Shown piece after piece: positions 1 through 8,396 of a stretch of DNA of 64,000 nucleotides. The notes under the pieces were generated by a model, which was not told the origin of the DNA, ran no database searches, and saw only the letters and a list, made by a program, of their open reading frames with translations. The stretch is from an uncultured Actinomycetes bacterium (lineage in GTDB: Bacteria > Actinomycetota > Thermoleophilia > Gaiellales > JAICJC01), in NCBI GenBank assembly GCA_963797175.1, contig CAWCOL010000006.1, positions 2,998-66,997 on the forward strand. The letters run 5' to 3'. Positions within the stretch are counted from its first letter, which is position 1. The number at the start of each line of letters is the position of its first letter. The translations under genes were made by a program, and so were the position numbers.

Positions 1-1
1 C

Positions 2-187
2 CCGGCGCCGCTCCCGCCCGCCGTCGATGTCGCGCCGCTGGCCGTCGACCCGATCTGCGGGATGACGGTCGCCGCCGGCCCCGGCACCCCGTCGATCGAG
101 CTGGACGGCGAGGTCGTCTACTTCTGCTGCGAGGGCTGCAGGGCCCGGTTCGAAGCGGACAACCGGCATGCCCGCGTCTCCGACTGA
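2..187 (+). CDS. C-terminus of a YHS-domain protein, probably XdhC/CoxI-type (partial at window edge)
   Basis: Frame 2 reads ...AVDPICGMTV...VYFCCEGCRARFEA...*, the YHS/TRASH metal-binding motif; lies directly upstream of coxD/coxE. Confidence 0.8.
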   Translation, partial: PAPLPPAVDVAPLAVDPICGMTVAAGPGTPSIELDGEVVYFCCEGCRARFEADNRHARVSD

Positions 188-193
188 GCGCCG

Positions 194-1114
194 GTGACGC
201 CGCGCGACACGGGCGCCGCGGCCGACGAGCTGCGCGCGCTGGTGCCCGACGTCGAGATGCTGGCCAACCGCCTGCGGGCGGTGGACTACCTGGTGGACGA
301 GGGGCTGGCCACCTCGATGTTCCTGGGCGTGCGCCTGCCCCAGCCGCTGCTGCTGGAGGGCGAGGCCGGCGTCGGCAAGACCGAGGCGGCCCGCGCTCTG
401 GCCGCGGTGCTGGACACGCCGCTGATCCGGCTCCAGTGCTACGAGGGCATCGACGCCGCCGAGGCGCTGTACGAGTGGAACTACCCGCGCCAGCTGCTCA
501 GCATCCGGCTGGCGGACGCCGGCTCGGAGCGGCTGACCGAGGACGACCTGTTCGGCCCCGACTACCTGATCGAGCGGCCGCTGCTGCGTGCGCTCCGGCA
601 TCCCGGCCCGCGCCCGGCCGTGCTCCTGATCGACGAGATCGACCGCGCGGACGACGACTTCGAGGCGTTCCTGCTCGAGCTGCTGGGCGAGGCCGCGGTC
701 ACCATCCCCGAGCTGGGCACCGTGACGGCCACCCACCCGCCCGTGATCGTGCTGACGTCCAACCGCACCCGCGACCTGCACGACGCCGTCAAGCGCCGCT
801 GCGTCTACCACTGGATCGAGTACCCCGGCCTGGAGCGGGCCGTCGAGATCGTCCGCCGCCGCGTCGCCGGGGCGTCCGACACGCTGGCGGTGCAGGTGGC
901 GAGCGCGGTCTCCCGGATCCGCGCGAGCGACGTGCAGAAGCCGCCCGGGATCGCCGAGGCGATCGACTGGCTGGCGGCGCTCGAGCTGCTGGGCGTCGAG
1001 CGGCTGGACGCGGCGGCGGTCGACCGCACGCTGGGCTCGGTGCTGAAGTACGGCGAGGACCAGGAGGTGGTCCGCGCGGCGGGGCTCGAGCGCCTGGTGG
1101 AGGCCGGTGACTGA
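194..1114 (+). CDS. coxD: MoxR-family AAA+ ATPase, CoxD-like
   Basis: Walker A GEAGVGKT, RLQCYEG, LYEWNY, Walker B LLIDEIDRAD, TSNRTRDLHDA.KRRC. Confidence 0.9.
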   Translation: MTPRDTGAAADELRALVPDVEMLANRLRAVDYLVDEGLATSMFLGVRLPQPLLLEGEAGVGKTEAARALAAVLDTPLIRLQCYEGIDAAEALYEWNYPRQLLSIRLADAGSERLTEDDLFGPDYLIERPLLRALRHPGPRPAVLLIDEIDRADDDFEAFLLELLGEAAVTIPELGTVTATHPPVIVLTSNRTRDLHDAVKRRCVYHWIEYPGLERAVEIVRRRVAGASDTLAVQVASAVSRIRASDVQKPPGIAEAIDWLAALELLGVERLDAAAVDRTLGSVLKYGEDQEVVRAAGLERLVEAGD

Positions 1115-2510
1115 GGACGCGCCGGCGCCCGTCTTCGCCGTCGAGACGGTCGTGCTCGACCTGCCCGCGCTGGCCGGGAGGCTGGGCCAGCGGCTGCGCG
1201 ACGCCGGCGTTCCCGTCGTCCCCGCCCGGTCGGCCGACCTGGCCCGGGCGCTGACGCTGGTGCGGCCGATCAGCCGCACCCGGCTGTACTGGACGGTCCG
1301 CGCCGTGCTGGTGTCCGACCAGGCCCACGTGGCGGCGTTTGACCGCGTGTTCGCGCAGGTGTTCGGCGCTGGGGCGGCCGAGCCTGGCGACGACCCGGCC
1401 GTGGGCGTCGCGACGGGGGCCGTCCCCGAGGCGGGCGAGCACACCGACGGAGAGGCGTCACCGTCGCAGGACGCGCGTGAGGGCTGGTGGACGGCGCCCG
1501 GCGCCGCCGGCGAGGAGGACGGCGAGGCGGCCGACACCCCGCTGGCGATGGCCAGCGACGAGGAGCGGCTGGCCGAGCGGCGGTTCGAGACCCTCGACCC
1601 GCAGGAGCTGGCCGCGCTCTACCGGCTGATGTCGCAGCTGCGGCTGCGCACGCCGATCCGTACGACGCGCCGCTACCGGCGCGACCGCAGCGGGCGCCAG
1701 GTCGATCTGCGCCGGACGCTGCGGATGAGCATGCGTACCGGCGGCGAGCCGCTGCGGCTGGCGCGGCGCCGGCGGCGCACCGCCCGGCGGCGGCTGGTGA
1801 TGCTGTGCGACATCTCCGGCTCGATGGAGCCGTACGCCCGCGCCTACCTCCAGTTCCTCACCTGCGCGGCCGGCAGCGGCCCCGACGCCGAGGCGTTCGC
1901 ATTCGCCACGCGGCTCACCCGCCTGACCCGCGCGCTGGGGTCGCGGCATCCCGAGCTGGCGATCGGCCGCGCGGCCGCGGCCGCGCCGGACTGGTCGAGC
2001 GGCACCCGCATCGGCGAGGCCCTGCGCACCTTCAACGACCGCCACGGCCGCCGGGGGATGGCCCGCGGCGCGGTGGTCGTCATCCTCTCGGACGGGTGGG
2101 AGCGCGGCGACCCGGGGCTGGTCGGCCGCGAGATGGCGCGCCTGGCCCGCCTCGCGCACCGGATCGTGTGGGTCAACCCACGGGCAGGGGCGGACGTGTT
2201 CGCCGTCCGGGCAGGGGGGATGGTGGCGGCGCTGCCGTACTGCAACGTGCTGGTCAGCGGCCACACGTTCCGCGCTCTGGACGACGTGGTCGAGGCGATC
2301 GCATCCGCGCCGGCCGCCCGGCTGGGGCTCCCGGCGCCGGAGCCGGTGGCGGTGGCCGCCGCGAAGCCCGAGCCGTGGGCGAGCGCGACGCCGGTTGCGG
2401 GCAGCTCGGTGGCGATGCCCAGCGGCCACGGGCCGCGGCGCGGCCGCACGACGCCGGGGTGGGCCACCGAGCCCGGTGACGAGCACGAGAAGGAGCCGAC
2501 CGATCGATGA
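1107..2510 (+). CDS. coxE: VWA-domain CoxE-like protein
   Basis: MIDAS DISGSM, DWSSGTRIG, ILSDGWERG, IVWVNP; overlaps coxD stop. Confidence 0.88.
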   Translation: MTEDAPAPVFAVETVVLDLPALAGRLGQRLRDAGVPVVPARSADLARALTLVRPISRTRLYWTVRAVLVSDQAHVAAFDRVFAQVFGAGAAEPGDDPAVGVATGAVPEAGEHTDGEASPSQDAREGWWTAPGAAGEEDGEAADTPLAMASDEERLAERRFETLDPQELAALYRLMSQLRLRTPIRTTRRYRRDRSGRQVDLRRTLRMSMRTGGEPLRLARRRRRTARRRLVMLCDISGSMEPYARAYLQFLTCAAGSGPDAEAFAFATRLTRLTRALGSRHPELAIGRAAAAAPDWSSGTRIGEALRTFNDRHGRRGMARGAVVVILSDGWERGDPGLVGREMARLARLAHRIVWVNPRAGADVFAVRAGGMVAALPYCNVLVSGHTFRALDDVVEAIASAPAARLGLPAPEPVAVAAAKPEPWASATPVAGSSVAMPSGHGPRRGRTTPGWATEPGDEHEKEPTDR

Positions 2511-2698
2511 ACCAGACCGGCGTCAAGACCTGCATCTACCCGGGCTGTGAGCGCCCGGCCGTCCCGGCGCACCCGCAGGGCGGCCCGCAGCCTGCATTCT
2601 GCGACCTGGAGGAGCACAATGCGCTGACGGCGCACCAGGAGCGGCAGCGCCTGGCGTCCCGTGCGAACCGCGACGATGAGGAGTCCACCCGTGGCTAA
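2507..2698 (+). CDS. Small Cys/His-rich hypothetical protein, possible metal binder
   Basis: ATGA overlap with coxE and AAGGAG upstream; CIYPGC...FCDLEEH. Confidence 0.65.
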   Translation: MNQTGVKTCIYPGCERPAVPAHPQGGPQPAFCDLEEHNALTAHQERQRLASRANRDDEESTRG

Positions 2699-3152
2699 CG
2701 AGGCCTACCGCGCAGTCTTCCTGCGCGTCCACCCGACCGGCAAGATGGTGCTCAGCTTGACAACAGAGGCGGACGGGCGCGAGCAACAGTACGCGCAGCT
2801 GGTCGCCGACGAGCTGGGCGTTCCCGCGCTGGACGTCAAGGTCGTCCCCGCCGACACCGACCGCTTCGGCACCGGCCACGGCTTCAACACCAGCCCCTCC
2901 GACGGCACGTCGCCGGCGGTCGTCACGGCGAGCGCGCGCATCCGCGACAAGGCGCAGCTCCTGGCGGGGATGCAGCTGGGCGCCGCGCCCGAGACGCTGA
3001 GGTGGTCGAACGGCGCGTGGACGGCGGGCGACGGCAGCGAACCGGCCCGGGCGGCCACGATCGCCGACCTCGCCATGTACGCGCACGGGACCGGCGAGCT
3101 CCCGCCCGGAGTCGAGGGCGGCCTCGATGCGCAGGCGGTCTACGCCGACTGA
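2691..3152 (+). CDS. Stand-alone fragment of a CoxL/xanthine dehydrogenase molybdopterin-binding domain
   Basis: GAGGAG SD then GTG at 2691; LRVHPTGKMVL...YAQLVADELGVP...DVKVV.ADTD resembles an internal CoxL segment. Confidence 0.7.
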   Translation: MANEAYRAVFLRVHPTGKMVLSLTTEADGREQQYAQLVADELGVPALDVKVVPADTDRFGTGHGFNTSPSDGTSPAVVTASARIRDKAQLLAGMQLGAAPETLRWSNGAWTAGDGSEPARAATIADLAMYAHGTGELPPGVEGGLDAQAVYAD

Positions 3153-3697
3153 CCGGCCGGAGCGGCCACGCTCCCGATCAGCTCGATCTCGACGTCGTCC
3201 ACGACCTTGAGCGCGCCGAACAGGGTCGAGTAGGGCTTCATGCCCCAGCTCGACTGGCGGACGGTGGCCGTGGCGCGGATCCGGCCCTCGGCGGCCAGCG
3301 ACACCTCGGCGGCGACCGGGTGGGTGGCGCCGTTCAGCGTCAGGTCGCCCTCGGCGGTGAAGCCGTCGTCGCGCGGCGTCGCCCGCGTCGAGCGGAACGT
3401 CACCGACTGGCGGCGCAGCACCTCGTCGTCGATCGTCTTCACGATGTCCGCACGGTTGTCGTCGTCGAGCGCCTGCATGCCGCCCTCGCCCTCGATCACG
3501 CGGAGCGATCCGCCGTCGGCGCGCAGGTCGATCGCGGTGGCGGCGGGGTCGTCGCCGACCGTCAGCGTGGCCGTCCAGTCCGTCACGTGGAAGTGCAGGT
3601 TGTGGCCGGCCTTGGCGGCGGCGCCGGTGCGCTTCGTGCGGATCGACAGCGTTGCGTTGTCGGGCCCGAGCGTGTGGGAGCCAGGCGGGAGCGGCAC
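3140..3697 (-). CDS. YceI-family lipid/polyisoprenoid-binding protein
   Basis: GDLTLNGATHPV, QSSWGMKPYS, LKVVDDVEI; -10 TAGGCT 6 nt before GTG. Confidence 0.8.
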   Translation of the reverse strand: MPLPPGSHTLGPDNATLSIRTKRTGAAAKAGHNLHFHVTDWTATLTVGDDPAATAIDLRADGGSLRVIEGEGGMQALDDDNRADIVKTIDDEVLRRQSVTFRSTRATPRDDGFTAEGDLTLNGATHPVAAEVSLAAEGRIRATATVRQSSWGMKPYSTLFGALKVVDDVEIELIGSVAAPAGQSA

Positions 3698-3758
3698 GGC
3701 CGGAGCCTATACTACGACCGCGTTTCGACCGGTTCCCTTCTCCCCAAGGACGGCGTGC

Positions 3759-4190
3759 ATGGCCGTGGATCTCGACCACTCCTTTACGACCCCGCGGCAG
3801 ATCGACGACAGCTTCGCGACCATCCTCGATCTCGACAAGCTGGTGCCGTGCGTCGAGGGTGCGACGGTGCTGGAGCGCACGTCCCCCGAGTCGGCGAAGG
3901 CCGAGATCAAGGTCAAGATGGGCGCGATGTCGATGACGTTCACCGGCACGCTGGAGGTCGTCGAGCGGGACGACGCGGCGCACACGGCAGTGCTCAACGT
4001 CAAGTCGCGGGAGGCCGGCGGCCAGGGGTTCGCGAACGCGACGATCACGTTCGCCCTGCGCGAGGGCGGCGGGGACATCCACACCCACGCGCAGATCACC
4101 GGCAAGGCGGCCTCGATGGGCGAGGGCGTCGTCTCCGGGGTGCTGGAGGCGCTGATCGCCGACTTCGCGGCCAAGCTGGGCGCGCTCTAG
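3759..4190 (+). CDS. coxG: SRPBCC/CoxG-family protein
   Basis: AAGGA SD; LVPCVEGA, IKVKMGAMSMTFTG, AQITGKAASMG. Confidence 0.8.
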   Translation: MAVDLDHSFTTPRQIDDSFATILDLDKLVPCVEGATVLERTSPESAKAEIKVKMGAMSMTFTGTLEVVERDDAAHTAVLNVKSREAGGQGFANATITFALREGGGDIHTHAQITGKAASMGEGVVSGVLEALIADFAAKLGAL

Positions 4191-4199
4191 GCGGGCGGC

Positions 4200-4475
4200 A
4201 TGGCCCGCGTGACGATGCACCGCGTCCGGCCGGGCGAGGTGCCTCCCGACGGAGGCACCGCCGTGCAGGATGACCCGGAACGGCCCGTCTTCAACGGCAA
4301 CGGCGCGGACGACTACGTCTGCGCCGAGTGTGGCAACGTGCTGGCGACCTCGATGAGCCCCGAGTACATGACGTTCCGGGTGCGCGTGCGCTGCGGCCGC
4401 TGCCGCACGATCAACGTGGCGGAGCACGACGACCGGACGCCGGAGGAGCGGCGCAGGCGCCGGCCAACTCCCTGA
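4200..4475 (+). CDS. Small zinc-ribbon protein
   Basis: YVCAECGNVL...RCGRCRTIN (two CxxC pairs); starts 9 nt after coxG. Confidence 0.65.
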   Translation: MARVTMHRVRPGEVPPDGGTAVQDDPERPVFNGNGADDYVCAECGNVLATSMSPEYMTFRVRVRCGRCRTINVAEHDDRTPEERRRRRPTP

Positions 4476-5074
4476 GCGCCTCGCGGCTCCGCGCGTAGGC
4501 GCCGGCGCCGTCGCCGTCCAGGGCAACGATGCGGATCACGGGCGGATGGCCCATCGCCGGAGCCGCCAGGTCGAACAGCGCGTCGTGGTAGGCGCGCTGC
4601 CGTACGACGCCGCCGAAGCCGAACGCCTTGGCCGGCAGGCCGCGGTTCGAGTCCGTCCGTCTCGGCGGCCAGGCGGCGGCACAGCTCGCGGTGCTCGGCC
4701 GCGTCGAAGCCGAGCGCCGCGCCGGCCGGGTAGAGGTCGAGCGCCGCCAGGCGGTGCGAGGTGAAGTGCGAGCGGTCGTCCACCTGGACCAGCGTCCCCG
4801 ACGGGGTGTGGACGAGGTCGACCGGCAGCAGCAGGTTGTCTCGCGAGGCATCGAGCACCGACTCGTCGCCGCGCAGGTGGCCGAAGATCGCCGTCAGCGT
4901 CCGCACGGCAGCCGTCACCGGGGAGGCCAGCGACGGGTCGCGCCGGTCGATCGCCACCCGCTCGAGCCCGACGTGCCCCTGTTCGCAGAGCCAGTCGAAC
5001 GTGCCCGGCTCCAGCACGATGCCGTCCGCCGCAGCGGCCTCCGCGAACGCAGCCTGCGTGTCGTCAGCCGCCAC
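4411..5074 (-). CDS. Hypothetical protein split by an apparent +1 frameshift near 4650
   Basis: N-half in ORF 4313..5074 (...VQVDDRSHFTSHRL...ETD) continues naturally in ORF 4411..4851 (NRGLPAKAFGFGG.RQRAYHDALFDL); -10 TAGGAT 6 nt before GTG. Confidence 0.6.
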
Positions 5075-5107
5075 GGGCGGATCCTAGGGCGCCGGGATCA
5101 GCGTCTC

Positions 5108-5205
5108 GGTGTCCGGCACCGTACCGGGCACCGAGCCCGGCACGGACTCCGGCACCGACTCTGGCACGGACTCCGGCACCGTGCCAGACTCGGTGCCGGA
5201 GGACT
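5108..5205. repeat. REP-like element copy A: tandem 12-bp GGCAC units
   Basis: GGTGTCC + seven 12-mers (GGCACCGTACCG, GGCACCGAGCCC, GGCACGGACTCC, GGCACCGACTCT, GGCACGGACTCC, GGCACCGTGCCA, GACTCGGTGCCG) + GAGGACT; near-identical to 57642-57715. Confidence 0.85.
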
Positions 5206-5406
5206 CAGAGCGCGTGACGGATCCGTGCGGGTTCGGTGACGGTTGCCGATCGTCCCGGAGCCCGCTTCCGGTGGGCGATCGCGGCCGGTCGACCCGCTGT
5301 TCGTACCACCCCGGGGTCACCTCGCCGAGGCGACCCGGCCGGCGCGGTCCCGTCACCGCCCTGTGGAGAGCCGTGACGCGACCGGGATCGTCTACGCTGG
5401 CCGGCC

Positions 5407-6165
5407 GTGCCCGGCGACCGACCCCCGCATCCCCTGCTCGGCGCCGACGAGCTGCTCGCGGCCGCCGCCGGGGCCGCCACCGTGCTCGACGTCGGCTGTG
5501 GCAGCGGCCGGCTGACGGCCGAGCTCGCGCGCCGTGGCGCCGAGGTGACCGGGATCGACGTCAGCGAGTCTCGGATGGCGGCGGCGGCCGAACGGGCCGA
5601 GGCGGAGGGCCTTCACGTGCGGATCGTTGCCGCCGACATGAACCGGCCGCTGCCCTTCGCCGACGCCGCGTTCGCCGCGGCCGTCAGCCGGCTCTCGCTG
5701 ATGATCGCCCGCGACCCGGCCGCCACGCTGCGTGAGGTGGGGCGGACGGTCGCCCCCGGCGGCGCCGTCGCGACGGCGGTCTGGGCGCGGATCGAGGAGA
5801 ACCCCTGGTTCGGCGAGCCGCGGTCGGCGGTCGCGGAGGTGCTCGGTGCCGAGGCGGCGCAGTTCGCGCGCGTCTTCGGCAGGCTGGGCGAGGCTGCGGA
5901 GCTGACCGCCGTGCACCGCGACGCCGGCCTCGGCGGCGCCGCGGCCGTCACTCTCCGCGACGAGGTGGCCGCCGGGTCGGCCGAGGAGCACTGGCGGGAG
6001 CTGGCGGCGACGATCGGCCACTACCGGCGGCTGGACGAGGTGCTCGACCCCGGCCAGCGGGCCGCCCTGCTGGCCGCGCTCGACCGGCGGCTCGAGCCGT
6101 ACCGGCGCGACGGTGCGCTGCGCATGCCGCGCGCGATGGTGGTCGCCGCCTCGCGGGCGGCCTGA
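5407..6165 (+). CDS. Class I SAM-dependent methyltransferase
   Basis: VLDVGCGSG motif I, GIDVS, LPFADAAF. Confidence 0.85.
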   Translation: MPGDRPPHPLLGADELLAAAAGAATVLDVGCGSGRLTAELARRGAEVTGIDVSESRMAAAAERAEAEGLHVRIVAADMNRPLPFADAAFAAAVSRLSLMIARDPAATLREVGRTVAPGGAVATAVWARIEENPWFGEPRSAVAEVLGAEAAQFARVFGRLGEAAELTAVHRDAGLGGAAAVTLRDEVAAGSAEEHWRELAATIGHYRRLDEVLDPGQRAALLAALDRRLEPYRRDGALRMPRAMVVAASRAA

Positions 6166-7551
6166 TCAGCGCTGCGCTTCGGGCAGCGCCAGCGGCTCCG
6201 TGGCGGACGGGAGCTCGCGGACGCGGGGGATGACCAGGCGGAACGTCGATCCCTCGCCCACTGCCGACTCGACCGAGGCCGATCCGCCGTGCGCGACCGC
6301 GATCGACTCGACGATCGAGAGCCCGAGGCCGCTGCCGCCGCTGGCCCGTGCCCGCGACGGATCGGCCCGGAAGAACCGCTCGAACACGCGCTCGGCGTCC
6401 TCGGGGGCGATTCCCGGGCCGTGGTCGGCGACCGCGACGGTCACGCCGTCCTCGCCGCCGGTCACCGTCACGTCGATCGGCGTGCCCTCCGGGCAGTGCG
6501 CGCGGGCGTTCGCAAGCAGGTTGCCGATCGCCTGGCGCAGCCGCAGCTCGTCGCCTGCCACGACCGCCGCGCCGTCGCCGTGCAGCGCGACCGGCCACGC
6601 CGGGTGCAGCAGCCGCGAGTCGTCGGCCAGCTCACGCGCGACCGCGGACAGATCGACCTGCTCGCGCTCGAGCGGCCGCCCCTGGTCGAGCCGCGCCAGC
6701 AGCAGCAGGTCGTCCACCAGCAGGCCCATCCGCGCGGCGTCGTCCTCGATCCGGCGCATCGCCATCTCCAGATCCGCCGGCCGGTCGGCCGCCCCGCGGC
6801 GGAACAGCTCCGCATAGCCGCGCACCGACGTCAGCGGCGTCCGCAGCTCGTGCGACGCGTCGGCGATGAAGCGGCGCAGCCGCCGCTCCGACTCCTCCCG
6901 CTCGTGGAACGCGTGCTCGATCTGGGCGAGCATCTCGTTCAGGGCGTGGCCGAGGCGGCCCACCTCGGTGCGGCTATCCTCCTCGACCCGCCGGGTCAGG
7001 TCGCCGGCGGCGATCGCCCCCGCGGTCTCCTCGATCCGCCGCAGCGGCCGCAGCGCCGCGCGCACGGCGATCAGCGCCAGCACGGCGACGGCGATCAGCA
7101 CCAGCAGGCCGGCCAGCACCTCCAGCCGGGCCAGCCGGCTGAGCGTGCTGTTGACGTCGCTCAGCGGGAAGGCGATCACGAGCTTCGCCTGCGAGCCGGG
7201 AGGGCCGGGGTGGGTGACCTGCACGCGGTAGCCGTCCTGCGTGCTGATGCCCGTGGGCGCGGTGTGCATGAACCCCGGCAGCGTCCGCCTGCCGACCGGC
7301 ACCCGGCCGTGCAGCAGCCTGCCGTTGGGCAGGTAGAGGGCGAGGTAGGCGTCGGGCCGGATCGCGCGCTGGCTGTCGGGGCTGGGGCGGAACAGCGCCT
7401 CGAAGCCGGACTCCTGGGCGTCGCTGAGCTGCTGGTCGACCCGGTCGATCAGGGACGCCTTCAGCTCGTAGTGCGTCGCGAAGCTCGCGATCAGCAGGCC
7501 CAGCCCGACCAGCAGGACGCTGATCGCCGTCAGGCGGAAGCGCAGCGACAC
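6166..7551 (-). CDS. HAMP-domain sensor histidine kinase
   Basis: Two TM segments, HAMP, H-box ASHELRTPL, N-box NLLANA, DHGPG, GSGLGL. Confidence 0.95.
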   Translation of the reverse strand: MSLRFRLTAISVLLVGLGLLIASFATHYELKASLIDRVDQQLSDAQESGFEALFRPSPDSQRAIRPDAYLALYLPNGRLLHGRVPVGRRTLPGFMHTAPTGISTQDGYRVQVTHPGPPGSQAKLVIAFPLSDVNSTLSRLARLEVLAGLLVLIAVAVLALIAVRAALRPLRRIEETAGAIAAGDLTRRVEEDSRTEVGRLGHALNEMLAQIEHAFHEREESERRLRRFIADASHELRTPLTSVRGYAELFRRGAADRPADLEMAMRRIEDDAARMGLLVDDLLLLARLDQGRPLEREQVDLSAVARELADDSRLLHPAWPVALHGDGAAVVAGDELRLRQAIGNLLANARAHCPEGTPIDVTVTGGEDGVTVAVADHGPGIAPEDAERVFERFFRADPSRARASGGSGLGLSIVESIAVAHGGSASVESAVGEGSTFRLVIPRVRELPSATEPLALPEAQR

Positions 7552-7554
7552 CGG

Positions 7555-8265
7555 CTACCGCCGCTGACGGAGGGCGTAGCCGAAGCCGCGCACGGTCTGG
7601 ATCAGGGGTGCGTCGCCGCCCGCGTCCACCTTCTTGCGCAGGTAGCTGATGTAGGTCTCGACGACGCTCGAGTCCCCGCCGAAGTCGTAGCGCCAGACGT
7701 GGTCGAGGATCTGCGCCTTGCTGACCACCCGGCCGGCGTTCGCCAGCAGGTAGCGGAGTAGGTTGAACTCGGTCGGCGTCAGCTCGATCAGGCGGTCGCC
7801 CCGGCGCACCTCGCGGGTGTCGTCGTCGAGCTCCAGATCCCCGAAGCTGAGCTTGCCCGGGTCGCGCTCGTCGCGGCCCCGTGTGCGCCGCAGGACGGCC
7901 TTCACGCGCGCCACCAGCTCCTCCAGGCTGAACGGCTTGCCCATGTAGTCGTCGGCGCCCAGCGTCAACCCGTGGACGCGGTCCTCGGTCGTGTCGCGGG
8001 CCGTCAGGAACAGCACCGGCGGGCCGGGAGAGCCGTTGGCGAGGCGCCGGTAGACCTCGAACCCGTCGAGGTCGGGCAGCATCACGTCGAGCACGACGAT
8101 GTCGGGGCGAAAGACGCGGGCGGCCTTGACGGCGGCGCGGCCGTCGGCGGCGGTCTCCACCTCGAAGCCCTCGTACCGCAGGACGGTGGAGACGAGCTGT
8201 GTGATGCTGTCCTCGTCGTCCACCACCAGGACGCGGGCGCGATCGGGTGCTGTCGGCTGTGTCAT
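7555..8265 (-). CDS. OmpR/PhoB-family response regulator
   Basis: VLVVDDE, LDVMLP, KPFS, VETYISYLRKK, TVRGFGY; ATG 8265 lies 7 nt after -10 TACTGT. Confidence 0.95.
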   Translation of the reverse strand: MTQPTAPDRARVLVVDDEDSITQLVSTVLRYEGFEVETAADGRAAVKAARVFRPDIVVLDVMLPDLDGFEVYRRLANGSPGPPVLFLTARDTTEDRVHGLTLGADDYMGKPFSLEELVARVKAVLRRTRGRDERDPGKLSFGDLELDDDTREVRRGDRLIELTPTEFNLLRYLLANAGRVVSKAQILDHVWRYDFGGDSSVVETYISYLRKKVDAGGDAPLIQTVRGFGYALRQRR

Positions 8266-8288
8266 GTCCGTCACAGTACGACCCGAAC

Positions 8289-8329
8289 CTGGGGGTTTCC
8301 TGTGAGCATCCTCTGATCGTACTCACAGG
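8289..8329. promoter_or_regulatory. OmpR-family (MprA/PhoP-like) binding boxes between the regulator and htrA
   Basis: Hexamers CTGGGG 8289, CTGTGA 8300, CTCTGA 8311 at 11-bp period; inverted repeat CCTGTGAG/CTCACAGG. Confidence 0.6.
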
Positions 8330-8396
8330 GTTGTCCCGGCTGCCGCTCAGGCCCGCGCTCGACGATGACGGCGTACCCGAGCCCAAAGGACGCATC

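Noticed and set aside
5109-5735. ORF with GTDS tetrapeptide repeats (and similar ORFs over 57468-57839)
   Set aside because: The peptide repeat is a translation of the intergenic 12-bp DNA repeat; the remainder is shadow sequence over the methyltransferase
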